Shown here piece by piece: positions 21,189 to 29,971 of a stretch of DNA of 32,000 nucleotides. The DNA lies in assembly GCA_028279805.1 (NCBI GenBank), contig JANQMZ010000007.1, positions 240,001 through 272,000 of the forward strand, given 5' to 3'. Under the pieces are notes generated by a model. That model saw only the letters and a program-made list of their open reading frames with translations. It had not been told where the DNA came from and searched no databases. Each line of letters opens with the position of its first letter. Position 1 is the first letter of the stretch. The DNA is from an archaeon (GTDB lineage Archaea > Iainarchaeota > Iainarchaeia > Iainarchaeales > JANQMZ01). Position numbers and translations under genes: made by a program.

Positions 21189-21979
21189 TTGAAATGTTCC
21201 AATATGCCTTTGTGCAAAAAGCATTTATTGCAGGAATACTGGTTTCAATAACAACCGCTTTGCTTGGAGTAATTCTGGTTCAGAAAAAATTATCCTTGCT
21301 TGGAGACGGATTGTCTCATGCAGCATTCGGCGGAATGGCAATAGGTCTTCTTTTCAACATTAATCCTTTGTTAAGTGCTTTGACCGTTGCAATTATTGCC
21401 TCAATTGGTATTGAAAAAATACTTGACAAAATAAAGTCACAGGGAGACGCAGCAATAGCAGTAATTTTGTCAACAGGAATGGCTATTGCAATTACAATCA
21501 TAGGATTAATCAGGGGATTTAATGTAAATCTTTTTAGTTTTCTTTTTGGAAGTATTCTTTCAATTAACAATTTTGATTTAATGCTTTTAATAGTTTTATC
21601 CGTGCTTGTAATTGGAACAATTTTAATATTCAGAAAACAAATCTTATTTTTAATTCTGAACAAAGAACTTGCAGAGCTAAATGGAGTGGACACAAAAAAA
21701 ATAAATTACACGATAATGATTTTATCGGCACTAACAGTAATTTTGGCAGTGCGTGCTGTTGGAATATTGCTTGTAACCGGAGTGATTGTAATGCCAGCAT
21801 TGGCAGCCCTGCAAATCTCAAAATCTTTTTCTGACACTTACAAAAAAACAATTGCAATCAGCTTGTTTGGAATGGTTGGCGGAATAATGCTGGCAATATT
21901 GTTTGACCTTCCTCCAAGCGGCATAATCATACTGACAATGACAGCCATCTTGCTAATAACATTTTTTTTGAAAAAATAA
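21185..21979 (+). CDS. znuB: Metal ABC transporter permease (ZnuB-like, ABC-3 family)
   Basis: About 8 TM helices, and its position after znuC with overlapping stop and start. TTG at 21185 or ATG at 21194. Confidence 0.8.
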   Translation: MIEMFQYAFVQKAFIAGILVSITTALLGVILVQKKLSLLGDGLSHAAFGGMAIGLLFNINPLLSALTVAIIASIGIEKILDKIKSQGDAAIAVILSTGMAIAITIIGLIRGFNVNLFSFLFGSILSINNFDLMLLIVLSVLVIGTILIFRKQILFLILNKELAELNGVDTKKINYTIMILSALTVILAVRAVGILLVTGVIVMPALAALQISKSFSDTYKKTIAISLFGMVGGIMLAILFDLPPSGIIILTMTAILLITFFLKK

Positions 21980-22050
21980 GGCTATTGTCACACTTTTAAG
22001 CCTATTACGTGGGAATAATTTAAATAGTAGAAAAACATACTTTTAGCATT

Positions 22051-22398
22051 ATGAAGGGGTTTAAAGGCATTTTAGTATTATTTGCTTTGATTTTTTTGCT
22101 TGGATTTGTTTCAGCTGAAGCACAGGAAAATTCAATAATGGGATTAATAACAGGTTTCATGAGCGGTTTCAGTTCAAATGAAATCGTTGAACAGATTAGT
22201 GATTCGTTGCCGGAAGAGTTAGAAGAATTTGGTCCGGGAGATGACGGAGTTATGACGGGACCGGGTGACGATGGTAAAATGGTTAAAGGGCCTGGCGATG
22301 ACGGAAAAATGGAACAGGTTTCTGTTTCAAATCCTGTTGATGCTGTTACTCAAACAATTGGAAATATTTTAAGCGGAATTTTCGGATTTTTTGGCTGA
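22051..22398 (+). CDS. Small secreted protein with three GPGDDG(V/K)M repeats and a hydrophobic C-terminus
   Basis: Signal peptide ILVLFALIFLLGFVSAEA, repeats encoded at 22231-22316, and C-terminal ILSGIFGFFG. No family recognised. Confidence 0.5.
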   Translation: MKGFKGILVLFALIFLLGFVSAEAQENSIMGLITGFMSGFSSNEIVEQISDSLPEELEEFGPGDDGVMTGPGDDGKMVKGPGDDGKMEQVSVSNPVDAVTQTIGNILSGIFGFFG

Positions 22399-23769
22399 TT
22401 AGTTCTCATCGCAAATTTTTCGTGCAAAAGGCAATGCAAACAAAACATTTTCAGAATTAAAATATTCCTGTTTTTCTTTAACCAGGTCTCCTGCAAAACC
22501 GGTTAAAAAAATTCCGGCAAGAGCAGAATCCATAGGAGAATTTGTTGCTGAAAAAGCTCCAATGGTTCCTGCAACCAGGTCGCCTGTGCCTCCGGCAGTC
22601 ATTTTTTCATTGCCTGAATGATTGTAAAAAACTTTTGAACCGTTTGAAATAATATCAGCCGGGGCTTTTAGCACAATAGTGCATTTGTATTTTTTTGCCA
22701 TTGTTTTAACATTTTTTGCATTTGGTTTTAATTTGAATGTTTTTTCAAATTCTGTTCTGTGAGGAGTTAAAACAATATTTTTGTGCAACAATTTTTTATC
22801 AAGCAAATGCAATGCTCCTGCATCCAAAACAAATTTTTTGTTTTTAAATTTTTTTAACAAAAAATTTACAAGTGCCTTATTTTTGGAATTAACTTCCAGG
22901 CCGGGCCCGATTACAATTGAATCTGCGCGTTCAGCAAACATTTGAGCATTTTTTTTATTCAACTCTGAAGCAATAAAATTTGGAGATGTTTTTTTCGCCA
23001 CATTCAGGTTTTCTTTAACGCTTAAAACAAAAACCAAATCAGAAAAATATGTAGCAGCTTTTGCTGCAAAAATCAATGCTCCGTGAAATTTTTTAGAACC
23101 CCCAATTACGAGAGTTTTGCCATTATCTCCCTTTTTAGAGCCTTTTTTGGGTTTTTTTAGCAGTTTTACGTTTCCAGGGCCTGTATATGAATGGAATTCT
23201 TTTGGTGCTCCAAATTCAAGCAAAATTCCTTTTGAATGCTTTTTTGTTATAAGGCAGTAAACTTTGTCGGCTTCAAGGGAATGTGTCGGAATATCCAATG
23301 CAACCTTTTTTGCTTTTGATTTGTTAATCAGGTTTACAGCTGACTGCACAGGCTCTTTTAAGTTTCCCTTAATGCCGGAACCGATAATTGCATCAACAAT
23401 TATTTCAGAATCAATTTTTTTTGGTAATTGTTTTGGGCTTTCAACAAAATTTATTTTTGTATTGGTATTTTTTAAAATTATAAAATTTCTAAAAGCTTCA
23501 TCTGTTGAAATTTGTTCCTGTGTTCCAAGTAATGTTACCTGAACGGAATTTTTTGGAGCAAGATAACGGGCCATTACAAAACCGTCGCCTCCGTTGTTGC
23601 CAAGGCCGCAAAAAATGTGCACTTTTTTTCCAGAACCAAAATCTTTCTGCAATTGTTCTGCAAAAGTTCTTCCCACGGATTCCATCATCTGGGTAACAGT
23701 TAAACCGTAATACTGAAAATTTGAGTCAACTGCTTGTGCTTTTCTAACGGATTCGGGTAAAACAGGCAT
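22399..23769 (-). CDS. nnr: Bifunctional NAD(P)H-hydrate repair enzyme (YjeF_N epimerase plus ADP-dependent dehydratase)
   Basis: N-domain motif CGLGNNGGDGFV and C-domain GGTGDLVAG near the C-terminus; 456 aa. Confidence 0.85.
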   Translation of the reverse strand: MPVLPESVRKAQAVDSNFQYYGLTVTQMMESVGRTFAEQLQKDFGSGKKVHIFCGLGNNGGDGFVMARYLAPKNSVQVTLLGTQEQISTDEAFRNFIILKNTNTKINFVESPKQLPKKIDSEIIVDAIIGSGIKGNLKEPVQSAVNLINKSKAKKVALDIPTHSLEADKVYCLITKKHSKGILLEFGAPKEFHSYTGPGNVKLLKKPKKGSKKGDNGKTLVIGGSKKFHGALIFAAKAATYFSDLVFVLSVKENLNVAKKTSPNFIASELNKKNAQMFAERADSIVIGPGLEVNSKNKALVNFLLKKFKNKKFVLDAGALHLLDKKLLHKNIVLTPHRTEFEKTFKLKPNAKNVKTMAKKYKCTIVLKAPADIISNGSKVFYNHSGNEKMTAGGTGDLVAGTIGAFSATNSPMDSALAGIFLTGFAGDLVKEKQEYFNSENVLFALPFARKICDEN

Positions 23770-23795
23770 AAGGCAGATTATGGTGGTAAATTGTT

Positions 23796-24206
23796 TTAAA
23801 TTTTAACATTTTCAATTTTTGTTTCTTTTGGATTTTTTTGGTGTCTGGCTAATCCTGTTTGTAAAACAATTATTCCAAGCAAAGCACATTTTGAACGGGC
23901 TTTAGCTGTTTCACCAATAATGTCATAAATGTCCTGTGCTTTTAAATTTAAAATTTCTTCAATTGTTTTTCCTTTAACAATTTCAGTTAAAAGTGACGCT
24001 GAAGCCAAACTTAAAGAACAGCCGTGGCCTTCAAACTTAATATCTTCAACTTTGTTGTTTTTTAATTTTAAAGTATAAGTAACACTGTCACCGCATGACC
24101 TGTTTCCACCGCCAAATTCCAGGTCAGCCGGATCAATTTTTCCTTTGTTTAAAGGATTTTTATAAGCTTTCAAAATTGTTTCATTGTAAAGTTCTTTTGC
24201 TTCCAT
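23796..24206 (-). CDS. sufU: SUF Fe-S cluster scaffold / sulfur-transfer protein SufU (NifU N-terminal family)
   Basis: Three Cys contexts: NRSCGDS, GHGCSLSLASAS and SKCALLG, with a long insert between Cys2 and Cys3 as in the SufU type. Its start directly abuts the sufS stop. Confidence 0.85.
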   Translation of the reverse strand: MEAKELYNETILKAYKNPLNKGKIDPADLEFGGGNRSCGDSVTYTLKLKNNKVEDIKFEGHGCSLSLASASLLTEIVKGKTIEEILNLKAQDIYDIIGETAKARSKCALLGIIVLQTGLARHQKNPKETKIENVKI

Positions 24207-25421
24207 TCAAACACCAAAAATTTTAACAGCATCGTTCAAAGCATCAATCAGAACATCAATTTCTTTTTCAGTATTGTAAATGTAAAAACTTGCCCTCACA
24301 GTATGTTCAACACCCAAAGCATGCAACAAAGGATGAGTACAATGAGCTCCTGCTCTGACCGCAATTCCATGAGTGTCCAAAACAGAAGCAACGTCATGAG
24401 GGTGAATGTCAGCAATATTAAATGATATAACACCTGCCCTTTTATCGGTTTTAGGGCCGTATAATTGAATTCCTTTAACATCTTTTAATGCGTTTAAAGC
24501 ATATTCAACCAGTTTATGTTCATGTTTTAGAATTTTATCCATTCCAATTTTGTTCAGATAATCAACTGCTGCACCTATTCCGATTCCTCCTGCAACATGA
24601 GGCGTTCCGGCTTCAAATTTCCATGGCAACATGTTCCATTCGGTTTTTTCAACTGAAACCGAGCTAATCATTTCACCGCCAAACAAAAAAGGATTCATTT
24701 CTTCAAAAGCTTCTTTTTTTCCGAATAATCCGCCTGTTCCCGTTGGTGCCAGCATTTTATGACCGGAAAAAGCAAAAAAATCACAATTCAAATCTTTAAC
24801 ATCAATTTCCATATGAGGAATGCTTTGAGCCCCATCAACAATAGCCAGAGCATTTTTGTCATGAGCTTTTTCAATTAATTCTTTAACCGGATTAATTGTT
24901 CCCAAAGTGTTTGAAACATGAATAACTGAAACAATTTTTGTTTTATTGGTAAGCAAAGAATCAAAACTTTGCATGTCCAGTTCTCCGTCTTTGGTTATGT
25001 CAACATATTTTACCTTAAATCCTAATTTTTTTCCCAAATATTGCCATGGAACAAAATTTGCATGGTGTTCCATTTTTGTAATTAACACTTCATCATCTTT
25101 TTTCAAATCCAATCCAAGAGAATAAGCCAAAATATTTAATGATTCTGTTGTGTTTTTTGTAAAAACAATTTCATCCCATTCACTGTTAATAAAGTTTCCA
25201 ACTTTTTCATGAGCTTTTTCATAAGCTTCGGAAGCCTCCTCACTTAAAGCATGCAATCCACGATGAACATTTGCATTATAATTTGAATAAAAATCATTTA
25301 CTGAATCAATAACCTGTTTTGGTTTTTGTGTTGTGGCAGCATTGTCAAAATAAACCAATGGCTTATCATGCACTTTTCTTTCAAGAATTGGAAAATCTTT
25401 TCTAATGCTTTCAATGTTCAT
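24207..25421 (-). CDS. sufS: Cysteine desulfurase SufS (class II)
   Basis: PLP-lysine context FSGHKMLAPTGTGGL and catalytic Cys RAGAHCTHPL. I prefer M24 (25421, MNIESIRKDFPIL) as the start. Confidence 0.9.
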   Translation of the reverse strand: MNIESIRKDFPILERKVHDKPLVYFDNAATTQKPKQVIDSVNDFYSNYNANVHRGLHALSEEASEAYEKAHEKVGNFINSEWDEIVFTKNTTESLNILAYSLGLDLKKDDEVLITKMEHHANFVPWQYLGKKLGFKVKYVDITKDGELDMQSFDSLLTNKTKIVSVIHVSNTLGTINPVKELIEKAHDKNALAIVDGAQSIPHMEIDVKDLNCDFFAFSGHKMLAPTGTGGLFGKKEAFEEMNPFLFGGEMISSVSVEKTEWNMLPWKFEAGTPHVAGGIGIGAAVDYLNKIGMDKILKHEHKLVEYALNALKDVKGIQLYGPKTDKRAGVISFNIADIHPHDVASVLDTHGIAVRAGAHCTHPLLHALGVEHTVRASFYIYNTEKEIDVLIDALNDAVKIFGV

Positions 25422-25440
25422 ATTTTCACAAAAAACAAGG

Positions 25441-26589
25441 TTATTTGACGTTAAAATCTTTTTCCCATTTTTTTTGAATCCTTTTAACAATCATTTCACT
25501 GGCTTCTGAGTCCAATTCTGTTAAAAGTTCCTTAAAAAATGAAAACATAAGCATTTTTCTGGCGCCCCGTTCATCAAATCCTCTTGACCGCAAATAAAAC
25601 ATTTTATCTTCATCAACCTGAGCAACAGTTGCTGCATGAGTTGCCTTAACATCATCTGCTTCAATTTCAAGGCCGGGAATGGCTACAAGCTTTGATTCAG
25701 GGCTTAAAAGCATTCCATGAGCTTCTAACAAGCCGTCAGTTCTTTGGGCTTTTGGCAAAACTTTTATCATTCCGTCAAAACTTGTTCTTGCTTTATCAGC
25801 CAAAACTCCTTTTAAAACAGTAAAACTTTTGGCATCAGGAACTGAATGCAATGAAAGCAAGTCAAAGTTTAATTTTTGTTCTTTTGCAAACAAAACCAAA
25901 TCATATTGCTTATAATTAGAACCTTGTTTTACTAAATTGTTTATCTGAGAAAAATTCATTAATTCAACGTCAGCAAAAACATTAAACAATAATAATTCTG
26001 AATCTTTTTCAATTAAAGAATTGTTAAAAACAAAACCATTGTTTAATTTGTCATAAATTGTTGCTAAGCTTATTTTTGATTCATTTTTAATATTTGTTGT
26101 TGTGCTTAAAGCAAAATCTTTTTCTGAAGAAATATTCTGAATAATTGTTAAACCCTGAATTTGCGGTTCAGCAAAATATAAATTTTTTGCAATACAACCA
26201 TTTTCAAAAACTAAATTTAAATGTAAAAAAGAATCTGGTTTTGCAGATTTTATGTAAACAAAATAACCTGAATTAAAAAAAGCATTTGGAAAAGCCTGAA
26301 ACTGGTTTTTTGGTTTTTGTTCATTGTTTAATAAAGACAAAATTTTGTCTTTGTGTTTTTCAAACGCTTTTTCAAATGGCAAAATTTCAAATTCAACATT
26401 TTTTTGTTCAATTATTTCAATTTTTGGTTTTTGTTTTGAATTGGCTTGAAGAATTGTTTGAATTTTTGTTTCATAATCCGGAACGTCAAAAGAAACACTT
26501 TTTTTTAACGGTTTTTTTTCAAACAATTCCAGATTTGTTTTTTTATAATTTTTAATTTGATTTTCAAGTTCGGAAAAAGTTAAAGTCAT
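25441..26589 (-). CDS. sufD: Fe-S cluster assembly protein SufD
   Basis: Position between sufB and sufS. The C-terminal region ATVAQVDEDKMFYLRSRGFDERGARKML parallels the SufB C-terminus. ATG at 26589 follows AGGTGA. Confidence 0.8.
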   Translation of the reverse strand: MTLTFSELENQIKNYKKTNLELFEKKPLKKSVSFDVPDYETKIQTILQANSKQKPKIEIIEQKNVEFEILPFEKAFEKHKDKILSLLNNEQKPKNQFQAFPNAFFNSGYFVYIKSAKPDSFLHLNLVFENGCIAKNLYFAEPQIQGLTIIQNISSEKDFALSTTTNIKNESKISLATIYDKLNNGFVFNNSLIEKDSELLLFNVFADVELMNFSQINNLVKQGSNYKQYDLVLFAKEQKLNFDLLSLHSVPDAKSFTVLKGVLADKARTSFDGMIKVLPKAQRTDGLLEAHGMLLSPESKLVAIPGLEIEADDVKATHAATVAQVDEDKMFYLRSRGFDERGARKMLMFSFFKELLTELDSEASEMIVKRIQKKWEKDFNVK

Positions 26590-26599
26590 TTTATCACCT

Positions 26600-28018
26600 T
26601 TAACCAATGCTGCCTTCCATTTCCAGTTCAATTAACCTGTTTAATTCGGCTGCATATTCCATCGGCAAAGATTTAACGAATGGCTGAATAAAACCTAAAA
26701 CAATTAATGTTAAGGCCTGTGATTCTGTCAAGCCTCGTGACATTAAATAGAATAATTGGTCTTCACCGATTTTTCCAACTGTTGCTTCATGAGTCAAAGA
26801 AGCGGTCGGATTGTCAACCTTAATTGTTGGATAAGTGTCACTGCGGGATTTGTCATCAATCAGTAAAGCGTCGCAAACCACGTTTGCTTTGCAGTTTTTG
26901 GCATTTTTGGCAATCTGCAAAATTCCCCTGTAAGAAGACCTGCCTCCTTCTTTGCTTATGCTTTTGCTTGTAATGTTGCTTGTTGTATTTGGAGCTAAGT
27001 GAACTGCTTTTGCTCCTGCATCCTGTGATTGTCCTTTTCCTGCCAGTGCAATGCTTAAAATTTCAGCTTTGGCTCCCTGTCCAAGCATGTAAACAGCCGG
27101 ATATTTCATTGTAACCTTGCTTCCTAAATTTCCGTCAACCCATTCAACTGTTGCATTTTCATAAGCAAACGCCCTTTTTGTAACCAGATTATAAACATTT
27201 GAAGACCAGTTCTGAATTGTTGTATAACGAACTTTGGAGTTTGGCAAAGCAACAACTTCAACAACAGCTGAATGCAATGAATCAGCAGTATAAACCGGTG
27301 CAGTACAACCTTCAATGTAATGAATTTTGCTTCCTGGTTCCGCGACAATTAAAGTTCTTTCAAACTGGCCGATTCGTTCAGCATTAATTCTGAAATAAGC
27401 TTGTAATGGAATGTCTGATTGAACATTTTTCGGAACATAAACAAAGCTGCCGCCAGACCAGACAGCAGTATTCAACGCTGCAAACTTGTTGTCATTGTGT
27501 GGAATGATTTTTGTAAAATATTTTTTTACAATTTCAGGAAATTGTTTTAAGCCTTCATCCATGCTTAAAAAAATTATGCCTTTTTCTTCCAATTCTTTTC
27601 TTAAATTGTGGTATACGACCTCAGAATCAAATTGTGCTCCGACTCCTGCTAAAAATTCTCTTTCAGCTTCCGGAATTCCAAGCCTTTCAAACGTGTTTTT
27701 AATTTCTTCAGGAACATCGTCCCATGATTTTGAATCAGTTGCTTTTGGTTTCATGTAATAAATAATGTCATCAAAATTAATTTTGCTTAAATCGGCACCC
27801 CATTTTGGCATTGCCATTTTTTTAAATGCTTTAAAAGCCTTTAATCTTAAATCAAGCATCCATTTTGGTTCATTTTTAATTTTGGAAATGGCTGCAACTG
27901 TTTTTTCACTTAAGCCTTTTTCTAAAATTAAATCATAAGCAGCATCAACAGAAAAATCGTATTTGCTATAATCTGTTATAGCAGCTGCTTTTTCCTGTTT
28001 TGTAAGGGTTTTAGGCAT
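26600..28018 (-). CDS. sufB: Fe-S cluster assembly protein SufB
   Basis: 472 aa containing [28 protein letters not shown] and a C-terminal ELEMEGSIG-type end. Confidence 0.92.
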   Translation of the reverse strand: MPKTLTKQEKAAAITDYSKYDFSVDAAYDLILEKGLSEKTVAAISKIKNEPKWMLDLRLKAFKAFKKMAMPKWGADLSKINFDDIIYYMKPKATDSKSWDDVPEEIKNTFERLGIPEAEREFLAGVGAQFDSEVVYHNLRKELEEKGIIFLSMDEGLKQFPEIVKKYFTKIIPHNDNKFAALNTAVWSGGSFVYVPKNVQSDIPLQAYFRINAERIGQFERTLIVAEPGSKIHYIEGCTAPVYTADSLHSAVVEVVALPNSKVRYTTIQNWSSNVYNLVTKRAFAYENATVEWVDGNLGSKVTMKYPAVYMLGQGAKAEILSIALAGKGQSQDAGAKAVHLAPNTTSNITSKSISKEGGRSSYRGILQIAKNAKNCKANVVCDALLIDDKSRSDTYPTIKVDNPTASLTHEATVGKIGEDQLFYLMSRGLTESQALTLIVLGFIQPFVKSLPMEYAAELNRLIELEMEGSIG

Positions 28019-28792
28019 TTACAATAACTCCTCGTTTTTGATTTCAATGCCTTGTTCTGCTAAAAATTTAACATAGCCTTTTTCGTCTAATTCATCTGCA
28101 AGTTTTTTGTCGCCTGAAGCAACAATTTTTCCGTCAACCAAAACATGAACAAAATCAGGTTTTAAATGATTTAAAATTCGCACATAATGAGTTATAACCA
28201 AAGCCCCAAATTCTCCACCTCTAACAGAGTTAACTGCGTCGGAAACAAATTTTAAAGAATCAATGTCCAGGCCTGAATCGGTTTCATCGAGGATAGCCAT
28301 TTTGGATTTTAATGTCAGCATTTGTAAAATTTCAGCACGTTTTTTTTCTCCTCCTGAAAAACCAACATTTAAATCACGCTGAGGCAAATCTTCTTTCAAA
28401 CCCAGTTCTTTTGATTTTTCTTTTATTAATTTTTTAAATTCCATTAAAGTTTGCTCAGTTTTAGGATGCAATGATTTGTTTGCTTCCTGTAAAAAAGTGT
28501 TAAAAGGCAAACCCTCAACTTCCATTGGATACTGAAAAGACAAAAACAATCCAAGTTTTGCTCTTTCATCAGGCTCCAAATCCAGAATGCTTTTATCATT
28601 GAATAAAATTTCTCCTTTTGTAACTTCATAACGAGGATGACCCATTATTACATTAGCCAAAGTGCTTTTGCCCGAACCATTGGGGCCCATGATTGCATGA
28701 ACCTCCGGAGAACTAATTGTTAAATTAATTCCTTTCAGAATTTTTTTTCCCTCAATTTCAACGTGCAAGTTTTTAATTTCAAGTTTTGTCAA
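28019..28792 (-). CDS. sufC: Fe-S cluster assembly ATPase SufC
   Basis: Walker A GPNGSGKST, signature FSGGEKKR, Walker B MAILDETDSGLD. I prefer TTG at 28792 (MTKLEIKNLHV), 5 nt after AGGTGA; the alternative is GTG at 28801. Confidence 0.92.
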   Translation of the reverse strand: MTKLEIKNLHVEIEGKKILKGINLTISSPEVHAIMGPNGSGKSTLANVIMGHPRYEVTKGEILFNDKSILDLEPDERAKLGLFLSFQYPMEVEGLPFNTFLQEANKSLHPKTEQTLMEFKKLIKEKSKELGLKEDLPQRDLNVGFSGGEKKRAEILQMLTLKSKMAILDETDSGLDIDSLKFVSDAVNSVRGGEFGALVITHYVRILNHLKPDFVHVLVDGKIVASGDKKLADELDEKGYVKFLAEQGIEIKNEELL

Positions 28793-28801
28793 AAAAATCA
28801 C

Positions 28802-29128
28802 CTAACATTTGTTGCAATGGCCACCGCAAGAATGCGAAAAATGATAATCGGCCATCTGAAAAACGTTTTTGTTTTTCTCATTTAATTCTTCCCTGACAGA
28901 ATCCTTCAAAGAATAAATTCTTTGCTTTCCAAGCTTTTTAACTTCTACATAATTACATGTTTTTAAATTTTGCAAAGAATGGGAAACATGGGATTGTTCT
29001 GCATTTAAATCATTGCATAATTCCTGAACGGATTTTGGTGAATCCATTAAATCCTGAATTATCTGGACGCGCAATTCGTTTGAAAGAGTGTCAAAACATT
29101 TGTGATATGGGACTGTTTTCAGACTCAT
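28802..29128 (-). CDS. ArsR/SmtB-family winged-helix regulator with a C-terminal Cys/His cluster; first gene of the suf operon
   Basis: wHTH core LSNELRVQIIQDLMDSPKSVQELCNDLNAEQSHVSHSLQNL. C-terminus is HFSHSCGGHCNKC. Its stop abuts the sufC start. Confidence 0.7.
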   Translation of the reverse strand: MSLKTVPYHKCFDTLSNELRVQIIQDLMDSPKSVQELCNDLNAEQSHVSHSLQNLKTCNYVEVKKLGKQRIYSLKDSVREELNEKNKNVFQMADYHFSHSCGGHCNKC

Positions 29129-29160
29129 ATGATAAATTGTTCATATGAACCTATTTAAAG
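29125..29160 (-). promoter_or_regulatory. Putative suf-operon promoter/operator: TATA-like box plus two copies of the 8-bp palindrome TCATATGA
   Basis: CTTTAAATAG (minus-strand reading of 29151-29160) is centred about 28 nt upstream of the ATG at 29128. TCATATGA occurs at 29141-29148 and 29125-29132; the second copy overlaps the start codon. Confidence 0.4.
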
Positions 29161-29175
29161 ATATTGGGTCAAAAA

Positions 29176-29823
29176 TCATGAAAATTTAAGCTTTTTCATT
29201 GTTTTATGCATGTTTTTTGACTTGAAAATGGTTGAGCCTGAAACCAATATATTGGCTCCTGCTTGAATGCATTTCGGAGCTGTTGTTTCATCAATGCCTC
29301 CGTCAACCTGAATTAAAAATTTTAATTTTTTCTTTTTGCGTTGTTCTGCCAAAAATTTGATTTTTTTTAATGTGCTTGGCAAAAATTTTTGGCCGCCAAA
29401 ACCGGCATTTACTCCCATTACCAGAACATAATCACAGTATTTTAAATAGGGTAAAACTTTTTTTTCTGAAATTTTTGCATTTATAACCAAGCCCGGTTTT
29501 GCCTCCATTCTTTTTAGTTTTTGAAGCAGTTTTTTGGGGTTTTTTGAGGTTTCCACGTGAAATGAAACCATGTCGGCTCCTGCTTTAACAAATTCCGGTG
29601 CAAATTTGTCAGGATTTGAAATCATTAAATGAACATCAAACGTTTTTCTGGTTATTTTTCTGCATTTTTTTATTACGGGCAAACCAATTGTAATGTTTGG
29701 CACATAATGGCCGTCCATTACATCCCAATGCAATAAGTCTGCTCCTGCTTTTAGAACGCGTTTTGTTTCTTTTTCAAGGTTTGCAAAATCGCTTGAAAGC
29801 ATTGAAGGAGCAATTTTAGTCAT
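29176..29823 (-). CDS. rpe: Ribulose-phosphate 3-epimerase
   Basis: IAPSMLSSDF, HWDVMDGHYVPN, DVHLM, GVNAGFGGQKF and QVDGGI. I prefer M24 (29823) as the start. Confidence 0.9.
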   Translation of the reverse strand: MTKIAPSMLSSDFANLEKETKRVLKAGADLLHWDVMDGHYVPNITIGLPVIKKCRKITRKTFDVHLMISNPDKFAPEFVKAGADMVSFHVETSKNPKKLLQKLKRMEAKPGLVINAKISEKKVLPYLKYCDYVLVMGVNAGFGGQKFLPSTLKKIKFLAEQRKKKKLKFLIQVDGGIDETTAPKCIQAGANILVSGSTIFKSKNMHKTMKKLKFS

Positions 29824-29971
29824 TTGAATCAAAAGGAAAAGGAATAAAAAGAATAAAAAGTATTCTACATTGTCTGGTGAAAAAGGATACAAAGACTTTT
29901 AAAGTCTTTTAAACCCAGTATTTAAAATTAAAAAAATGCTTTTTTTATAGAAGAAAACAGGGAAGATTTTA

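Noticed and set aside
3637-29892. N-terminal extensions in the ORF track for several genes (3637-4656, 5665-6396, 10262-10852, 11272-12444, 13667-15496, 24207-25490, 25441-26631, 29176-29892)
   Set aside because: The extended starts overlap upstream genes, tRNAs or hairpins and add non-homologous residues. Internal ATG or TTG codons, in some cases preceded by a Shine-Dalgarno site (sufD at 26589, sufC at 28792), give canonical N-termini.
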